A stretch of DNA of 64,000 nucleotides from Tricharina praecox (taxonomy: Eukaryota). Both the position numbers and the translations under genes were made by a program. This document shows positions 49,406 through 64,000 of this stretch, in pieces. The notes under the pieces are model-generated. The model was given only the letters and a program-made list of their open reading frames with translations. It did no database searches and was not told where the DNA came from. The stretch covers positions 434,001-498,000 of the forward strand of contig NW_026250409.1 of the NCBI RefSeq assembly GCF_024521635.1, written 5' to 3'. The first letter of the stretch is position 1. The number at the start of each line of letters is the position of its first letter.

Positions 49406-49966
49406 GGTTTGGTGCGGGATGGGGTGGGGGTGGGGTGGGGTGTATAGTGTGGTTATCGCGGTGTATGGTTATCGTGCGACGAGACGAGACGAGACGAGAC
49501 GGCCGAGGCGCGGTGGTGATGGACGGACGGACTCGGGGATGGAGGCATTCAAGGCATGGTATGCAGACAGGTACTATATCTAGGCTATGTACAGCCGGGA
49601 CAGAGCTAGGTACTTTGTATAGTAGTGGACTACTTTACCTCCCTGGTCCGTAATACGTCACGCCAGGCTCCTACAGTAGAGTACACACATGGGCTCGGCG
49701 TTTCTTTCCCACAGGCACACAGAGGAAGTGATAGATCGTGATCCATATCTTATAAACGAGAAACACCATGACCATCACCACCCGACCGTCACCACCCGAC
49801 CATGACCACCATCACCATAACCACCACCACTACCTGCGGACTCGCAGAAAAAACGCAAGAGAAAAGACATGAAGAATGATGAGTCCCCCTTTCGCCGTAA
49901 AGACACAAAAAAAAGAAGAAAAAAAAGAAGAAAAACACCAGGCAAGCAACCGGTAACGCAACGTAA

Positions 49967-50107
49967 CAAAACAAAAACAAAACAAAACAAAAAACAAAAA
50001 CAAAAACAAAAACAAAAACAACAACAAAAACAAAAACAAAAACAAAAACAAAAACAAAAACAAAAACAAAAACAAAAACAAAAACAAAAACAAAAACAAA
50101 AACAAAA
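49967..50107. repeat. (CAAAAA)n hexanucleotide microsatellite downstream of POP2
   Basis: Read directly; it produces the spurious KQKQ/FCFC ORFs. Confidence 0.95.
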
Positions 50108-50436
50108 TACAAAAGAAAAACACGCAACGACATGCATGAAAAGAAAGAAAATGAACCGGAGAAGAAAAAATGAAAAACCTCCCAATATCCCGTTACTACA
50201 GATCTCAACTATCCCGTTCACTTCTCCCCCGCCTGTCTGCGAAACTACCAAGAAGCGAAAAGCAAAGATAGTAGCCACGACGACCGGCAGCAGCAATTAG
50301 AAAGTGCACGCTCTTATCCACAGACAACAAGTTTCTATGACAGAAAAGATGAAAACAAAGAGGGGTAGAAATATTTCCATCAACACCGATGATGACATTT
50401 TCCGAGTTTTTTTGTGGCTTGTGGTTTTGCTCGTAA

Positions 50437-52115
50437 CTACATTCCCTTGCCGAAACCAGGTGTGTACCCGGGAGTACCAGGTGTTCCATTCCGGCCAGGT
50501 GTGCTGTTGTTATCTGGAGTACCCTGGGTTCCCTGCTGACTGCCATTCATGGTGGGGGTCTTTGGAGGATTTGGGGCACTGCCGGCATTGCTACTGGCTC
50601 CGTTGCTGCCAGCGGTACCATTCGCGAGCGGCATTGGGCTATTACCGTTCAATCCCCAAACTTGGCCGCTATTCACAAACGCAATCGTCGTCAGCCTATC
50701 ACCGCCCGTATCACAGTTGACATTGAGGAAACATACAGGTACAGCGCGTCGTCAATCTTTCCTTCAAAGTAGCGTTGCCTCATCGCGAAGAAGATCATGC
50801 CAGTAAGCAACGAGTCGCTTCCGGCCTGATGCTGCGGGCCTATCCGCGGTATTCCCATCTCCTCCGCAATATCCTGCAAGCCGCCTTTGAGGTTCCGACA
50901 GCTCTTCATGAGGTACTTGATATCGTACAGACTGGGGAAGAACGTCTTGAGCTTGATCCGGAAGTCGGCCTCCTCCTTCGGCAGCGGGGTGCAGCTCATG
51001 ATCTTGACCAGATATCCAAAGTCGTAGCCCGAGTGGAACGAGATCCACTTGACCTCGTCGAGCATGACGAGTCCCGACGTTATGAGGAGTTCGCCAAACT
51101 TGAAGACATCGATGCCATGGCTGGTGTGCTTGCCGAAGTCGATCCCCGATTTGGTCAGCAGATCGATCGAGTCCTGCGCGTACATGTCCTCGTCGAGGTT
51201 GAAGCGAAAGTTGAACTGCCAGGTAGAAACCGATCCATCCACCTTGGCAAGGTCGCCGTTCTCGTCTGCCAGCGTGATTCCGAGTTGTATGATCTTGAGC
51301 ATGTCGACATTGCATCGCAGCGTCTGGTAATGGTAATCCGCCTTGCTTGGGAACTTTCCTATTGGCCGCGCAACGATCCCCGGGAATTCCGTGTCCTGTC
51401 ACCCATCAACTCCTCAGCATCACACTGCCAGCACCACCACCAAAGTCCCAGGGATGCGAATACCCACCATCGCAACATACGGGTACTGTTCGACCAGATC
51501 TCTCAGCACGCCCATCTCCGCCTCCAGATTCTCCTTCCACACCTCCCTGATGACGCCCTCCCCACTCGCGGCCTGAGCGGCCGCCTGCGCGGCCGCCTGC
51601 GCCCTCGGATCCGCACCGACACCGACACCACCAATGCTCCTCGCCACGACGCCCCCGAGTCCGCCGGCAGACACGGCGCCGGACAGCGAGCCGTTCATGG
51701 CCGTGCTCCGCTGATGGGAGAGGATGCTGAGCAGACTCTTTTCTTGCTGTGCCTGCTGTGATGACCGTGCTGCCGCCTGGGCCTGCGCCTGCTGCTGGGC
51801 TTGTACCTGGGCGTAGAGCTGTGCTTGGTGATGGACATTGTGCTGCTGCTGCTGATGGGTATTCGCGTGTTGCTGGAACCTGTCGGGCACCAATCAGCCA
51901 CCGATCCGCAGAGAGGAGCGGGGGCAAGGGAATAGCAGGCGGGGATCGGGATTGGTTAGGATAGCAGTGTTGCTGAGTCGGCAGCGAATTCGGATGCGAA
52001 CATACCTGTCACGGTCCAGCAGGCTATGCCCGACATGCTGCATACCGGCCTGCTGTGGGAACGGCGGAGGATGCATGCCGGGGCCATAATTGTTTGCTCG
52101 GGAGGGTGGCGGCAT
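50437..52115 (-). CDS. POP2: CCR4-NOT deadenylase subunit Pop2/Caf1 (4 exons)
   Basis: IREVW..YVAM|DTEFPG, YQTLRCNVD.LKIIQLG, TWQFNF, SFHSGYDFGY, HQAGSDSLLT. Introns 52005-51880, 51467-51396 and 50736-50669. Confidence 0.96.
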
Positions 52116-53170
52116 AGCGGTAGAGGAGGTGGTGAGGAGTATATGTGGTTCGGAAGTGCGTTTCTATTCGTGAAGTGGGTAGGATGCTAGTATCTAAGGT
52201 CGAGGAGGTGAGCATATAGGGATTGAGCCGCTACAGCTTTCCGGGGGGGCTGCTGTCGTTGGGGTTGGGTCTTCGCAGGGGTATCGGAGTGGTTGGTGGT
52301 GATGGCGGTGGTGGCGGTGGAGGTGGAGGTGAGCGGTGGTGGTGGTGTTGAGGGAGTATGCGTGCGACACCACGAGACTGGGGGGTGGTGGCCGTCGAGG
52401 ATGATTGCGGTTGTGTCGACTTTCGAGCGGGAGTGGAGGTTAGGTCTAGAGTAGTGGGTGTTGGTGGGGCTAGGCGTGGAGGGAGAGAGAGAAGAACTTG
52501 GTCGTTGCTTCGGAGGATCTGAGCCGATTTGTCGGGTCGATGGGGCTTAAAGTATGGTGGTGAAGGTTGCTCAACGTACTTCCACCTCTCGTCACCGAAT
52601 GAACAGCTGAAAAGGATATCTTCAAACGAGGCTTTTGCTTACATACGCCATTGACGCTCACAATAGACATATGAGATCCCGTAGAGCACATAAAAGAGTC
52701 AGCCAAACTCCGGCCACAAGACAGTTCTGGCCCTTCTCCATGTCTTGGCACCCATCCATTCCCACCACAGGTCAAACAAAGTCGAGACTGGCTGAACAGG
52801 CAAAATGGCCACTCTCGACACGGTCCTAGAAGAAGTCGACACCGTCACTCATCGCGGTGCCGTGCCGAATTGACTCGGGATGAGAACCGGTCCGAAACCC
52901 GTGCAGGCCCAACTTCCAAGGTTCCGATCACCCTAAGCACCACTGGACAGGTACATCCACTTCCGTGCACTAGGATAGTTAGGAGCATGGTAAACTAAGC
53001 ACCGTACCCCGACAGCGGGGAGCAAGTAGCAACCACCTCGACCGGCCCGCATCACGCCCACGCCTCCAACTCACCAAGTTCCGCTCCACCTCCATCCACC
53101 CTCCTTCCACCACCCCACCACCCTCCTCCACCACCCCATCGCCTTCCAGTTCCCCGCCCACCCCCGCACA

Positions 53171-54055
53171 ATGCCACAATCCGCCACGCGCGACACGATC
53201 GCCTACAGCGTCCTGTCACGGTACCTCCCGACACTCAGCCACATCATCACGACGGCGTCGTTCTGCCACATCTACCGAGGAGCGTTCGACACCTCAGCCG
53301 CCGGAGGTGGCACGTTCAGCTGGGAGAAGAAAGAGATCAGCGGCTCTTTATTCCTCGCCGCCACTTCCAACCCCATCACCGGGTGTGAAGACTACCACCT
53401 GATAATCCTGAACCGGCAAAGCGTGAACAACTTCATCTGGACGCTGTCGTCGACAGAGTCGATCGAGGACGACGGCGAGCATCTGGTGCTGTCGCATACC
53501 TCGGGCTTCACGCCCACGCCGAAAGCGGAGCTCCAGCCCGGCTACGATATCGATGCGTTCTCGTGCTGGGGAATTTGGGTCTTTCCAAACCCGAGCGTCG
53601 GCGACGAGCGCAGTAGGATGCTCGAGGCGGTTATGCTGTGCGCGAAGCGCGCGGAGGAGAATAAGAAACGGCCGCAGCCACCACAAGCACAACCGCAAGC
53701 ACCACCCCCACCAGCAGCAGCACAGGCTCCCCCCGCGCCCCCCCTCAACACCGCTCCCTCGGCCCTGGGGGGCTACAGCATAATGGACCAGATCTTCCCT
53801 CAATCACAGGCGCAGGGTGTCATATCAGCGCCGAGTCCATCGCAGTATGCGCCGCCTGTGCCGGTGGGACTGGCGGGGCAACAAACGTTCTCGCCACCGT
53901 ACCCGACGCCGCAGGTGATGCACCAGGAGATGCCGGTGGATAATACGGGGAACCATCAGGGAGGGAATGGAGGTGGAGGGAATGGTGCTGGTGGAGATAT
54001 ATTGGGGCGTCTGTTTGAGAATGCGAGGCAGCGCGGACCGGTGGGTGGGTGTTAG
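53171..54055 (+). CDS. DCP1: mRNA decapping activator Dcp1 (EVH1-like domain)
   Basis: SVLSRY.P.LSHIITTASFCHIY..WEKKEISGSLFL..LIILNRQSVNNF..WGIWVF, then a Pro/Gln-rich tail ending ILGRLF. Confidence 0.85.
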   Translation: MPQSATRDTIAYSVLSRYLPTLSHIITTASFCHIYRGAFDTSAAGGGTFSWEKKEISGSLFLAATSNPITGCEDYHLIILNRQSVNNFIWTLSSTESIEDDGEHLVLSHTSGFTPTPKAELQPGYDIDAFSCWGIWVFPNPSVGDERSRMLEAVMLCAKRAEENKKRPQPPQAQPQAPPPPAAAQAPPAPPLNTAPSALGGYSIMDQIFPQSQAQGVISAPSPSQYAPPVPVGLAGQQTFSPPYPTPQVMHQEMPVDNTGNHQGGNGGGGNGAGGDILGRLFENARQRGPVGGC

Positions 54056-55337
54056 GTGCTGCTGGAAAGCTGACCAGCGGGGAACTGTGGGAACTGTGGG
54101 GACCATGCGGAGGGGGAGGTTGTAACTCGGAGATACCACTGTCTGGCTCGTACTTCTTCTTCTTCTCCTTCTTATTCTTAGGTATTCTTATTCTTCTATG
54201 TAGTAGCTGCTTGGAGGTTCTGTCGAGCATGAATGATCTGGTGGGGGAGTTTACGGAGTCTGTTTTAAGGCAAGGCAAGGAAATACCTTCACAGGAAGGA
54301 AGGGCGTACAATAACAAGCCCAAGTTTACGAAGTACGAACTCATTATTTTTTCCATCATCCATCTATTCCCAACCATCCGTCTGCCCATCCGCCCGCCCG
54401 TCCGCAGGCCGCCCGCTCATCGCCATCGCCATACCGTATCTCGCATTCAGTTAGTTAGTTCCCTCAATACAGCCCCGAGGGGCGCTTTTTGCAAATAAAA
54501 CAAACAGGAGGCATTACAAAAGCACACATAAAAACATAAAAACAAGGGCTATAAAAAATATATCAATAAGTCAATAAAGAAAAGAAAAGGAAAAGAAAAG
54601 AAAAGGAACATCCGTAAAACACAAATCAATCAATCAATCATAAACATGTAGAAAAAAGAAAAAAGAAAAAGAAAAAAACAGAAGGGGAAAGGAAGAAAGG
54701 GGAAGGGGGGAATCATTAAACGAGTGCTACATAGAAGAAATCAGGACTCATACAACCAACCCCGTCGGTACCAAAACGCGTAAAATAAAAGGGTATCCAT
54801 CCTCTCAAAACAGCCTCAACCGGCCCGGTATTTTGCAGGACAGCAAACGAGAAGCATAAGAACGGTGATGGCAAGAAAGGAGAAAAAAAGGTATATAGAA
54901 AAAGCACACTCCCCCTCACCCCCAAGAGCGTTCACACACACCCCCCCGCCAGCCAAACACGTAGGAACGTTCCTAATATCATAAAAAACGAAAAGAAAAA
55001 AAAAGAAAGAAAAAAGAACAATCCGCTTCCCATGAGAAACAAAGAAAATGGAAGATAGGAAAGACAGAGGAACAGCAGAAGAAGAAACAGATACACAAAA
55101 GTCCGTTCGCAGACACTTATCAGAACAGAAGCCATCATAACATAATGCTCCTCCCACGATATCTTGCTCTCTTCCCCTTTGTACCTTCTCCCCCCAAAAC
55201 CAATCATCATCATACTTCACTTAATCGCAAAAGAGAATGCGGGTGTTGGCAAATCTCTACGGTTGCCCGAGTCTCGAGTTACCACACACCCTCCTACCCT
55301 CCTACCCTCCCCTTAAACTCTTGTCCCGCCGGGCAAC

Positions 55338-57858
<2,521 letters not shown>

Positions 57859-60800
57859 GATTCGTGAAAAATAGAGGGCTGAGTATCCAACACACCTCCG
57901 AACAAGCCGAGTGTGAACGGGCGCGGGTGTGGGACGAGGGGGGTAGGTGTACTGGCGGGGGGGCCGTTTTCAAGCCGAACTTGTTTCCAGACCGAATCGA
58001 AGTGTGTCGCTTGTTGCTCACTCCGTCTTTCGCTCAAGATGTCCGAGAAGGAGGTTCGAGTTACTCGGTAGAGGGAATCGCGAAAAGAGGGTAAGATAGG
58101 TGCTCGAGGATTTTGAACAAGAGAGCTGCGAGGAGGCAGGGGGGAGGGGGGTAAGCCGGGTTCGTAGAGTGAGCGGGAAGCGGTCGTCGAGGAGGAAGTG
58201 GGTGGGAGACGGAGGGTGAGTGTGAAAGCGAGGTGGAGAAGTTTGACGGGGTGTAGGGCGAAGGGTGTTTCTCGACTTACTTCAGAGTGGATGGAGTGAA
58301 AGGGGGGAGGAGGGGGGGAGTTGCTGGTGGTGGTAGTTGGTGGGTGGGTGGTGGTTAGGTGGTTAGAGTAGGTGGTTGAATAATGAATAGGTACTTGGGT
58401 AGGACGTCGCGCAGGCAATTGCAAGTCGACCGCAAGTTAACACTTTCGATAACAGAAAATGGAGGTCCGTGCGTTTTTAAGACTAGAATTCATGTAACCA
58501 ACCGAAAGAACGGGAGAAGTTCTTATGTGAAGCAAGTTGGTTTGAGGTCTTTGGAGAGGTGCCAACTGTGGAGACAATGATAGGACGGGAGGGCTGAGGT
58601 GAGGGCTGAGTTGCGATGCAGGATATCCGAAGTGACGGTGGAGGAGGAGGTTAGGGCGATGTCGAAGATGAAGGCAAGAGAGGAGGAGGTGGAGGAGGAG
58701 GAGGAGGAGGTCGAATAGAAGAGGAGGAGCTGTTGTGGTTGGAGGAGGGGAAGCGTCTCAGGTCTCAGTTCCTTGTCACTTGCACTCACTCACTCACTTG
58801 CTTGCCCACTCAGTCAATCACTCACTCAACCCCTCCTCCTTATCCTCATCCTCCTCCATATATCCAGTAGGCCAACATGTTTCGAGGAAAGCGATTCGAT
58901 ACATACAGTAACCAAGCTGTAGGTTTGTGTCTGTAGATCTGAGTCTGTCCGTCTGTCTGTCCACCTGCTCACTCCACCTGCTCACTCCGCATCTCCGCCA
59001 TTTGCTGCCGCATTGAGGGTGGCGATATATCGATTGATCGATTGATTGCAGTGTGGGGATACATGAAGTACTCTACCCAGATGGATGGACGGACGAGACG
59101 CGATGGGAAGACGCACCCGAGCCTCACGAAGGAAAAAGGCACCCACACGAGCAGAGTATAGAGTATAGAGTATTTACCTAGATTGTTCTTCACCTTCACG
59201 TGGCATCCCGTTCTACCTATTCCCGTTCCCATTTCCATTCCCATGTGTAGCTATTCCCATTCCCGCCCGCCCGTCCCCCCCAGCACACGCCACGAGCCAT
59301 GGGCCATGTGAGCACATCTACACGATTTGCCTGGTAACTTCGAAGCACCTAGCCGACGTGTGTACGGCACTCAGCTTATGTTGGGGAATTTGATCCGGCC
59401 TAGGTCACTTGGCAGTTGTGGAGTTGAGGTGCATACAGGATACAGCTGCATTAACTCTAACCTCCCCTATTTCCGGACCGGCCATAAGTATTGAGCGTGT
59501 ATGTCACCGTTCACAGTTCACTTCCTCTTCCATGAAGTTCTCCTGGTCCTCCACCACTCCGGCTCCCGGGCTTCGGCTCCCTCGCAGGCTCGCACGCACG
59601 CACATAACCACTCTATACATATCCTTAGCATACCCACTCGCATCTCATCGCTTGGTGTAACGGCAGCGGGCGGCAACGGCAACGGCAGCGAGCGTCCTGA
59701 AACGAAACGAAACGGCAACCTTGTTTCTGCCAAACTGCTTGGGTGCTTGAATGTGCTTGGTTGGGTGCTTGGTCCGATGGCGATGGGCATTGGCATGTGG
59801 CATAGCACGGTCAGCGCTTGTGCTTTAACGCCATCGCAATAAATAGCTCCCGACACGACAGTGTCTATGCGCGCGGTATAGAGTAATATGGTAGGTAGGT
59901 AGAGGAGCGATGCGATGGATGGACGGATGGCAGATGCAGGGACGGTTGTGTATACGCATTACCTGCCTTCGTCCGTTTGGGTACCGTGCGTAAGCAGTAA
60001 TCGGTCTGTCTGGAATTCCTACGCCTTCGGAATACCGCCACAACTCCAAGGTACGGCACGATACCATACCTACCATACGCAGTCCTGGGTATCCATCATA
60101 TCCATCGTATATTGAAATATCAAACTCAACCGAGCTCGAAATTACCTCACCCGAACGGGCACGGGCACGGACACGGGCACGACGAATTCAGCCTCCCTTT
60201 CTCCCTGATGCCTAACAGGTAGTTAGCGGAGAAAAATTTATCGCATGGCTTGAAGGCTCGAAGGCTCCGTGCGCGGCTTACCACCGTCCACCGCCCGCTC
60301 GGGACGTCAGAGTACAGGCGAAGACCGGCCGGGCCGCTGCCTTGAGTAGATAACCGTTTTGTTTGTTTTGGTGTGGTCCTGTCAGAAAATGGAGGAAGAA
60401 AAAAAATCACTGTCAGCATTCGGTGGAGACTCTTCGAGGCCTTCTAAATTCCCATGGGCCCAATCCTGGGTAAAGTACATATCTAGAGTATTACTATACT
60501 CTACCGGTAGAGTGGTGTAGATGAGGATGACGCGGGACCGTTGACTTTACATACTTGACTTGACCCGACTTGACTTGACACGGTATTACTAGTATACCGG
60601 CAAGACGGTGTAATCAGCAATCAGCACGTCGCTGACTGGCTCCTGCCGAAGAGAGCTCGGAAGCTCAGAGCTCGAGCTCGAGCCGCGTAAGCGGTGCATG
60701 GGAGTAAGTCCGGTATCTACAATACAATACAATGAAATACAATGGATACACAGCGGCGGGAGTCCGTGGCTGCAGTTAGAATTACGCCTACCTATCGTAT

Positions 60801-61908
60801 CTATACTAGTAGTAATAGAGTAGAGTAGTTGTCGAAAGTCTCTCTAGACGTGAACATCAATGATGCTGAACCGTCCGGAATTTTACCATTCGTCATGGCT
60901 CTTGAAATCACAGATGTGCGTGCGTGCGTATTGTGTTGTGCCCAGCTTCCCGATCGTATGTATACGTCATATCTAAGCTCAACAGCCTCTAGACCGGACC
61001 GGACCAGCAGCTTTCGTTTCGTTTCGAGCTTGAGGTATCGATCCCTCTTTTCACCAGGAGGAGGCGAGTATGAGGTAGTGATCATGAATCCCAAGCCCAA
61101 CTTGGCGGATCCACCACACACACAGACGTATGGCATGTTCCGCTCCGTTTCGATGCGTGCATACACTCCGAAACCCAAGACGTCTCAACTTGACTATGTA
61201 CCTCTTCTGAGTCTTCTCTTTGTCTCACGTTGTAACCTCCGTGAGTGAGAGGTACCCAGAACCTACTGCTGTTAGTTACTGGTAGTATAAAAGTAGGTAT
61301 TCTAGGTGGTAGACTGGTAGTAGGTAGTGCCGCCGTACCAACAAGGGCGGTCGTTACCGCAGTGAAAAGTACGGATCTGCGATTCCGTATGGTGGCCGAG
61401 GATTTAAAGATAGCAATACAAAGTAGCTATTAGCCGCACAGTATACATAGTACAGGTAGATACGTACCTCGGCGAGACGCGGTGGGTATATAGGCAGGTA
61501 CTGAGACCGGGAAGTGGTTCAGTTGGCGGACTCGAACTGCACTTTTTCTCCGTCGTTATAGACGAGGTATTGTACAGTACACATCACTTGGCACACTCAC
61601 CTGGGACAGGCGTTTCCAGTATTTGCGGTTTATCCTGTCCTTCCACGGAAGGAAACCTGCAGATGCAGATGCAGCGGGACGGTGGGCAACACAGAGCAAC
61701 CATCGAGCATTCGGTAACACGGTCCCGAACACCAGGACACCGTTCATCTCGCAGAAACCCAGAAATTCCCCATCTTATTACGCAAGTAGAACAGAATCGA
61801 ACCCCAAAACGCCAGTATGGTACCACCACCACCACCGATCCTCCCCCTCTAAGCAAGACTTTTGCGTCCCGTGGACATGGACCCGTGGGTGGGTGGGTGG
61901 GTAGGTGG

Positions 61909-62445
61909 CTATATATCGTCGAGCTCCATAGTCGCCTCCGCCCCCTCCTCCTCGGCATTCTTCGCCGCCTCCTCCTCCTTCTTCTGTGCCTCAGCCTTAA
62001 TCGCCGCGCGGGCCGCCGCATTGGCGTCCTTAACCTTCTCGACCCTCGCCGCTATTTTCTGCTGACGTTTCGACAACGGCGCAGTGGCGACATCTATCCC
62101 ACCCGTTCATCAGCACTCTCCCCCTTCCCCATCCCCCTCCCCTTCCCTCTCCCGCACAAGCATCCAGAACGTACCTTCCATAACCACCTCTCCCTTCATC
62201 TTCAGCAGCTCCTCAGCGGCAGCGACCTTCTTCCGCTCGGCAGCGTAGAGCTTGTTGCGCTGAACCTTCTTGACGCGCTTGGACGAGACGCCGGCGCCGC
62301 GCAGGATCCCCGAGAACTCGGTGCCGATGATGGCGTGCGGCTTGTCGCCGCGCGCCGCGCGAGACTTCGTCCGCAGCGAGGTGCGCTTGTGCGCTAGGTC
62401 TCGCCGGTTCGATGTCGTCGGGAGGTTGCAGTTGTGAAGGCCCAT
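61909..62445 (-). CDS. Small basic protein resembling the 60S biogenesis factor Alb1 (2 exons)
   Basis: VSSKRVKKVQRNKLYAAERK resembles the Alb1 SKKRAKK.ERN..YA..RK motif; the protein ends MELDDI. Intron 62174-62094. Confidence 0.65.
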
Positions 62446-63524
62446 TTTGAATTGTTTGTTGGAGAAGTGGGAGTGGGTTGCTGGTGGGGGTGGTGGAAGG
62501 TCGAGATTGGAGGTGGAAGGTCGAGATTGCAGGCGGAAAGTTTTGGGGATTCGACTTTTACACGCAGGGATGCTGGTGGGGAAGCTTTTGGTGCGGAGGT
62601 TGCCGAGAGGGCTAGCCGCCTCTGGACGGGCGCGAGTTCGGGGGACGAGTGACTCTTGGTAGGATTATCTGCCTTCTTCGAGACTTGTCGCTCTCCAGTG
62701 TTACAGCGCTCCTATTCTCGTCCGGGCTGGCCCATCTGAATGCACAGAACCAGGGTGAATGGCTTCCTAGGCAACCCGGGACGCGTGCTGGAGAAACTAT
62801 TTCCTCTTAGACAGCATACCCCGCCTCTCTTTGGTGTTGGCCTTCTCCTCCTCCGTGTGACGATGCCGCGGCCATGGGCATTCGGGCTCCGGATAAATCT
62901 GACAACCAAACTATTGTGTACAATCCACCTGCAATGGGGCAGTTTTTACAGTCTATCCGGCAGGGCACTCGGGAGGCTGTGACTGGACGAAATAATGGAT
63001 TCCTTCGAACTTGGACTGGCTTTGACGGTAATTGGTGATGATCTTGTCCCGTTCTTACTGGAGGATGGCCAAGTACCTCGATATGTACCAGTACGGATCT
63101 GTACAGTCAAAGTCCATAGAGCCTGAGAGCACATCACGAAGCGGGTCTGATAGCCCTATATAATATTTTACCATAACAGCCATCCGAAGTGCCCATATCA
63201 CAATTTGCAGTTCCTGCTAAAATTTACGCACCACGGTGTTTCTACGACGAAGTTTTTAAGATGATCTTATTCACGAATCGTCCGCTTCCGAGTGCTGTGC
63301 CATGACGAATCGGTTTCTCCAGGCAGGGAAACTGCCCCACTAAGTGGGGGCGCTGGGCGGGGTTGGTTCAACCTGCACTGCTCCAGTGCCGTGTCAACAG
63401 TGACGGGCCCAAGTTGAGAACATCCCTTGACAACTATAGTTACATAACTGCTCCTCCACCTCCTCCTTCTATCTCCATTCATATCCCGCAGATACAGTAC
63501 CTACCTCCAGTGTCCACCTCAACG

Positions 63525-64000
63525 ATGGAGTACGATACCAGCACCCGTAAGTCCCCCCTATGTAGTTCCATCCTCACCCGTAATGCATGCATGCGTGGCT
63601 AACTCACACTCCGCGCCTACAGCTCCGTACCGGACCTCCGACCAGACCTCGTTCGCATACGTTTCCGCGCGCGATCGGTGGCCCGTGATCCTGACGCAAG
63701 CGATTGACGACGTGTTCCGCACGACGCGCGACCACACGGATCCCGAAAAGATCGCCGAGGGAAAGCGCATCGTCGAGAAGCTGGCAAAGCTCAAATACGA
63801 AGTGCAGCATGACCGGGTTCTGTCGTATGTCTTCCTCGTTCGATGCTGGGGAGTGGATGTAGGAGAAGGGGGTTGCGGATGCTAATGATGATGGTGATGG
63901 TGATGCACAGGCCAATCGAGGATGATGGCGCCGCAGATGTGAAGATATACAATGACGAGCTGGAACAGCTCGGAAGCCCCAAGTGGTTCAATGTCTCCTG
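63525..64000 (+). CDS. DUF89/ARMT1-type damage-control phosphatase (5' part; runs off the window)
   Basis: TSD.TSFAY.SARDRWPVILTQAIDD..I...LAKLKYEVQHDR.L.PIEDDG..YN.EL..W.NVS. Introns 63547-63622 and 63825-63910. Confidence 0.88.

Noticed and set aside
49775..50300. ORFs with KQKQ, FCFC or FVFV runs, and similar low-complexity ORFs in 1-12 kb
   Set aside because: Translations of microsatellites.
63035..63150. GTGATGA...CTGA, a possible C/D snoRNA
   Set aside because: No terminal stem or convincing rRNA guide seen; such short motifs occur by chance.

Overview
Eukaryotic genomic DNA from a filamentous ascomycete (short introns with CTAAC/CTGAC branch points; Pezizomycetes-like by inference). 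The first ~12.4 kb is a microsatellite-rich stretch with no recognisable gene. It is followed by 16 genes, mostly housekeeping: a Myb/SANT-like AT-hook protein, SET2, ARV1, a SAM-domain SNF2/ATRX-like remodeller, ERF4, VMA16, VPS25, GSH2, SEC9, a secreted phospholipase A2, an OCRL-like inositol 5-phosphatase, POP2, DCP1, CLA4, an ALB1-like gene and a truncated DUF89/ARMT1 phosphatase. Between SEC9 and the 5-phosphatase lies an accessory patch: a 3.47-kb non-autonomous element with long inverted ends (MULE-like), the PLA2 gene and a piggyBac fossil. The strongest observation is that VPS25 yields its conserved FPPFFTRQPN motif only through a 50-nt AT-AC intron carrying major-spliceosome (U2-type) signals. 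Several of the longer introns also fold into nested stems. All gene calls come from recognising motifs by eye; no database search or folding program was run.
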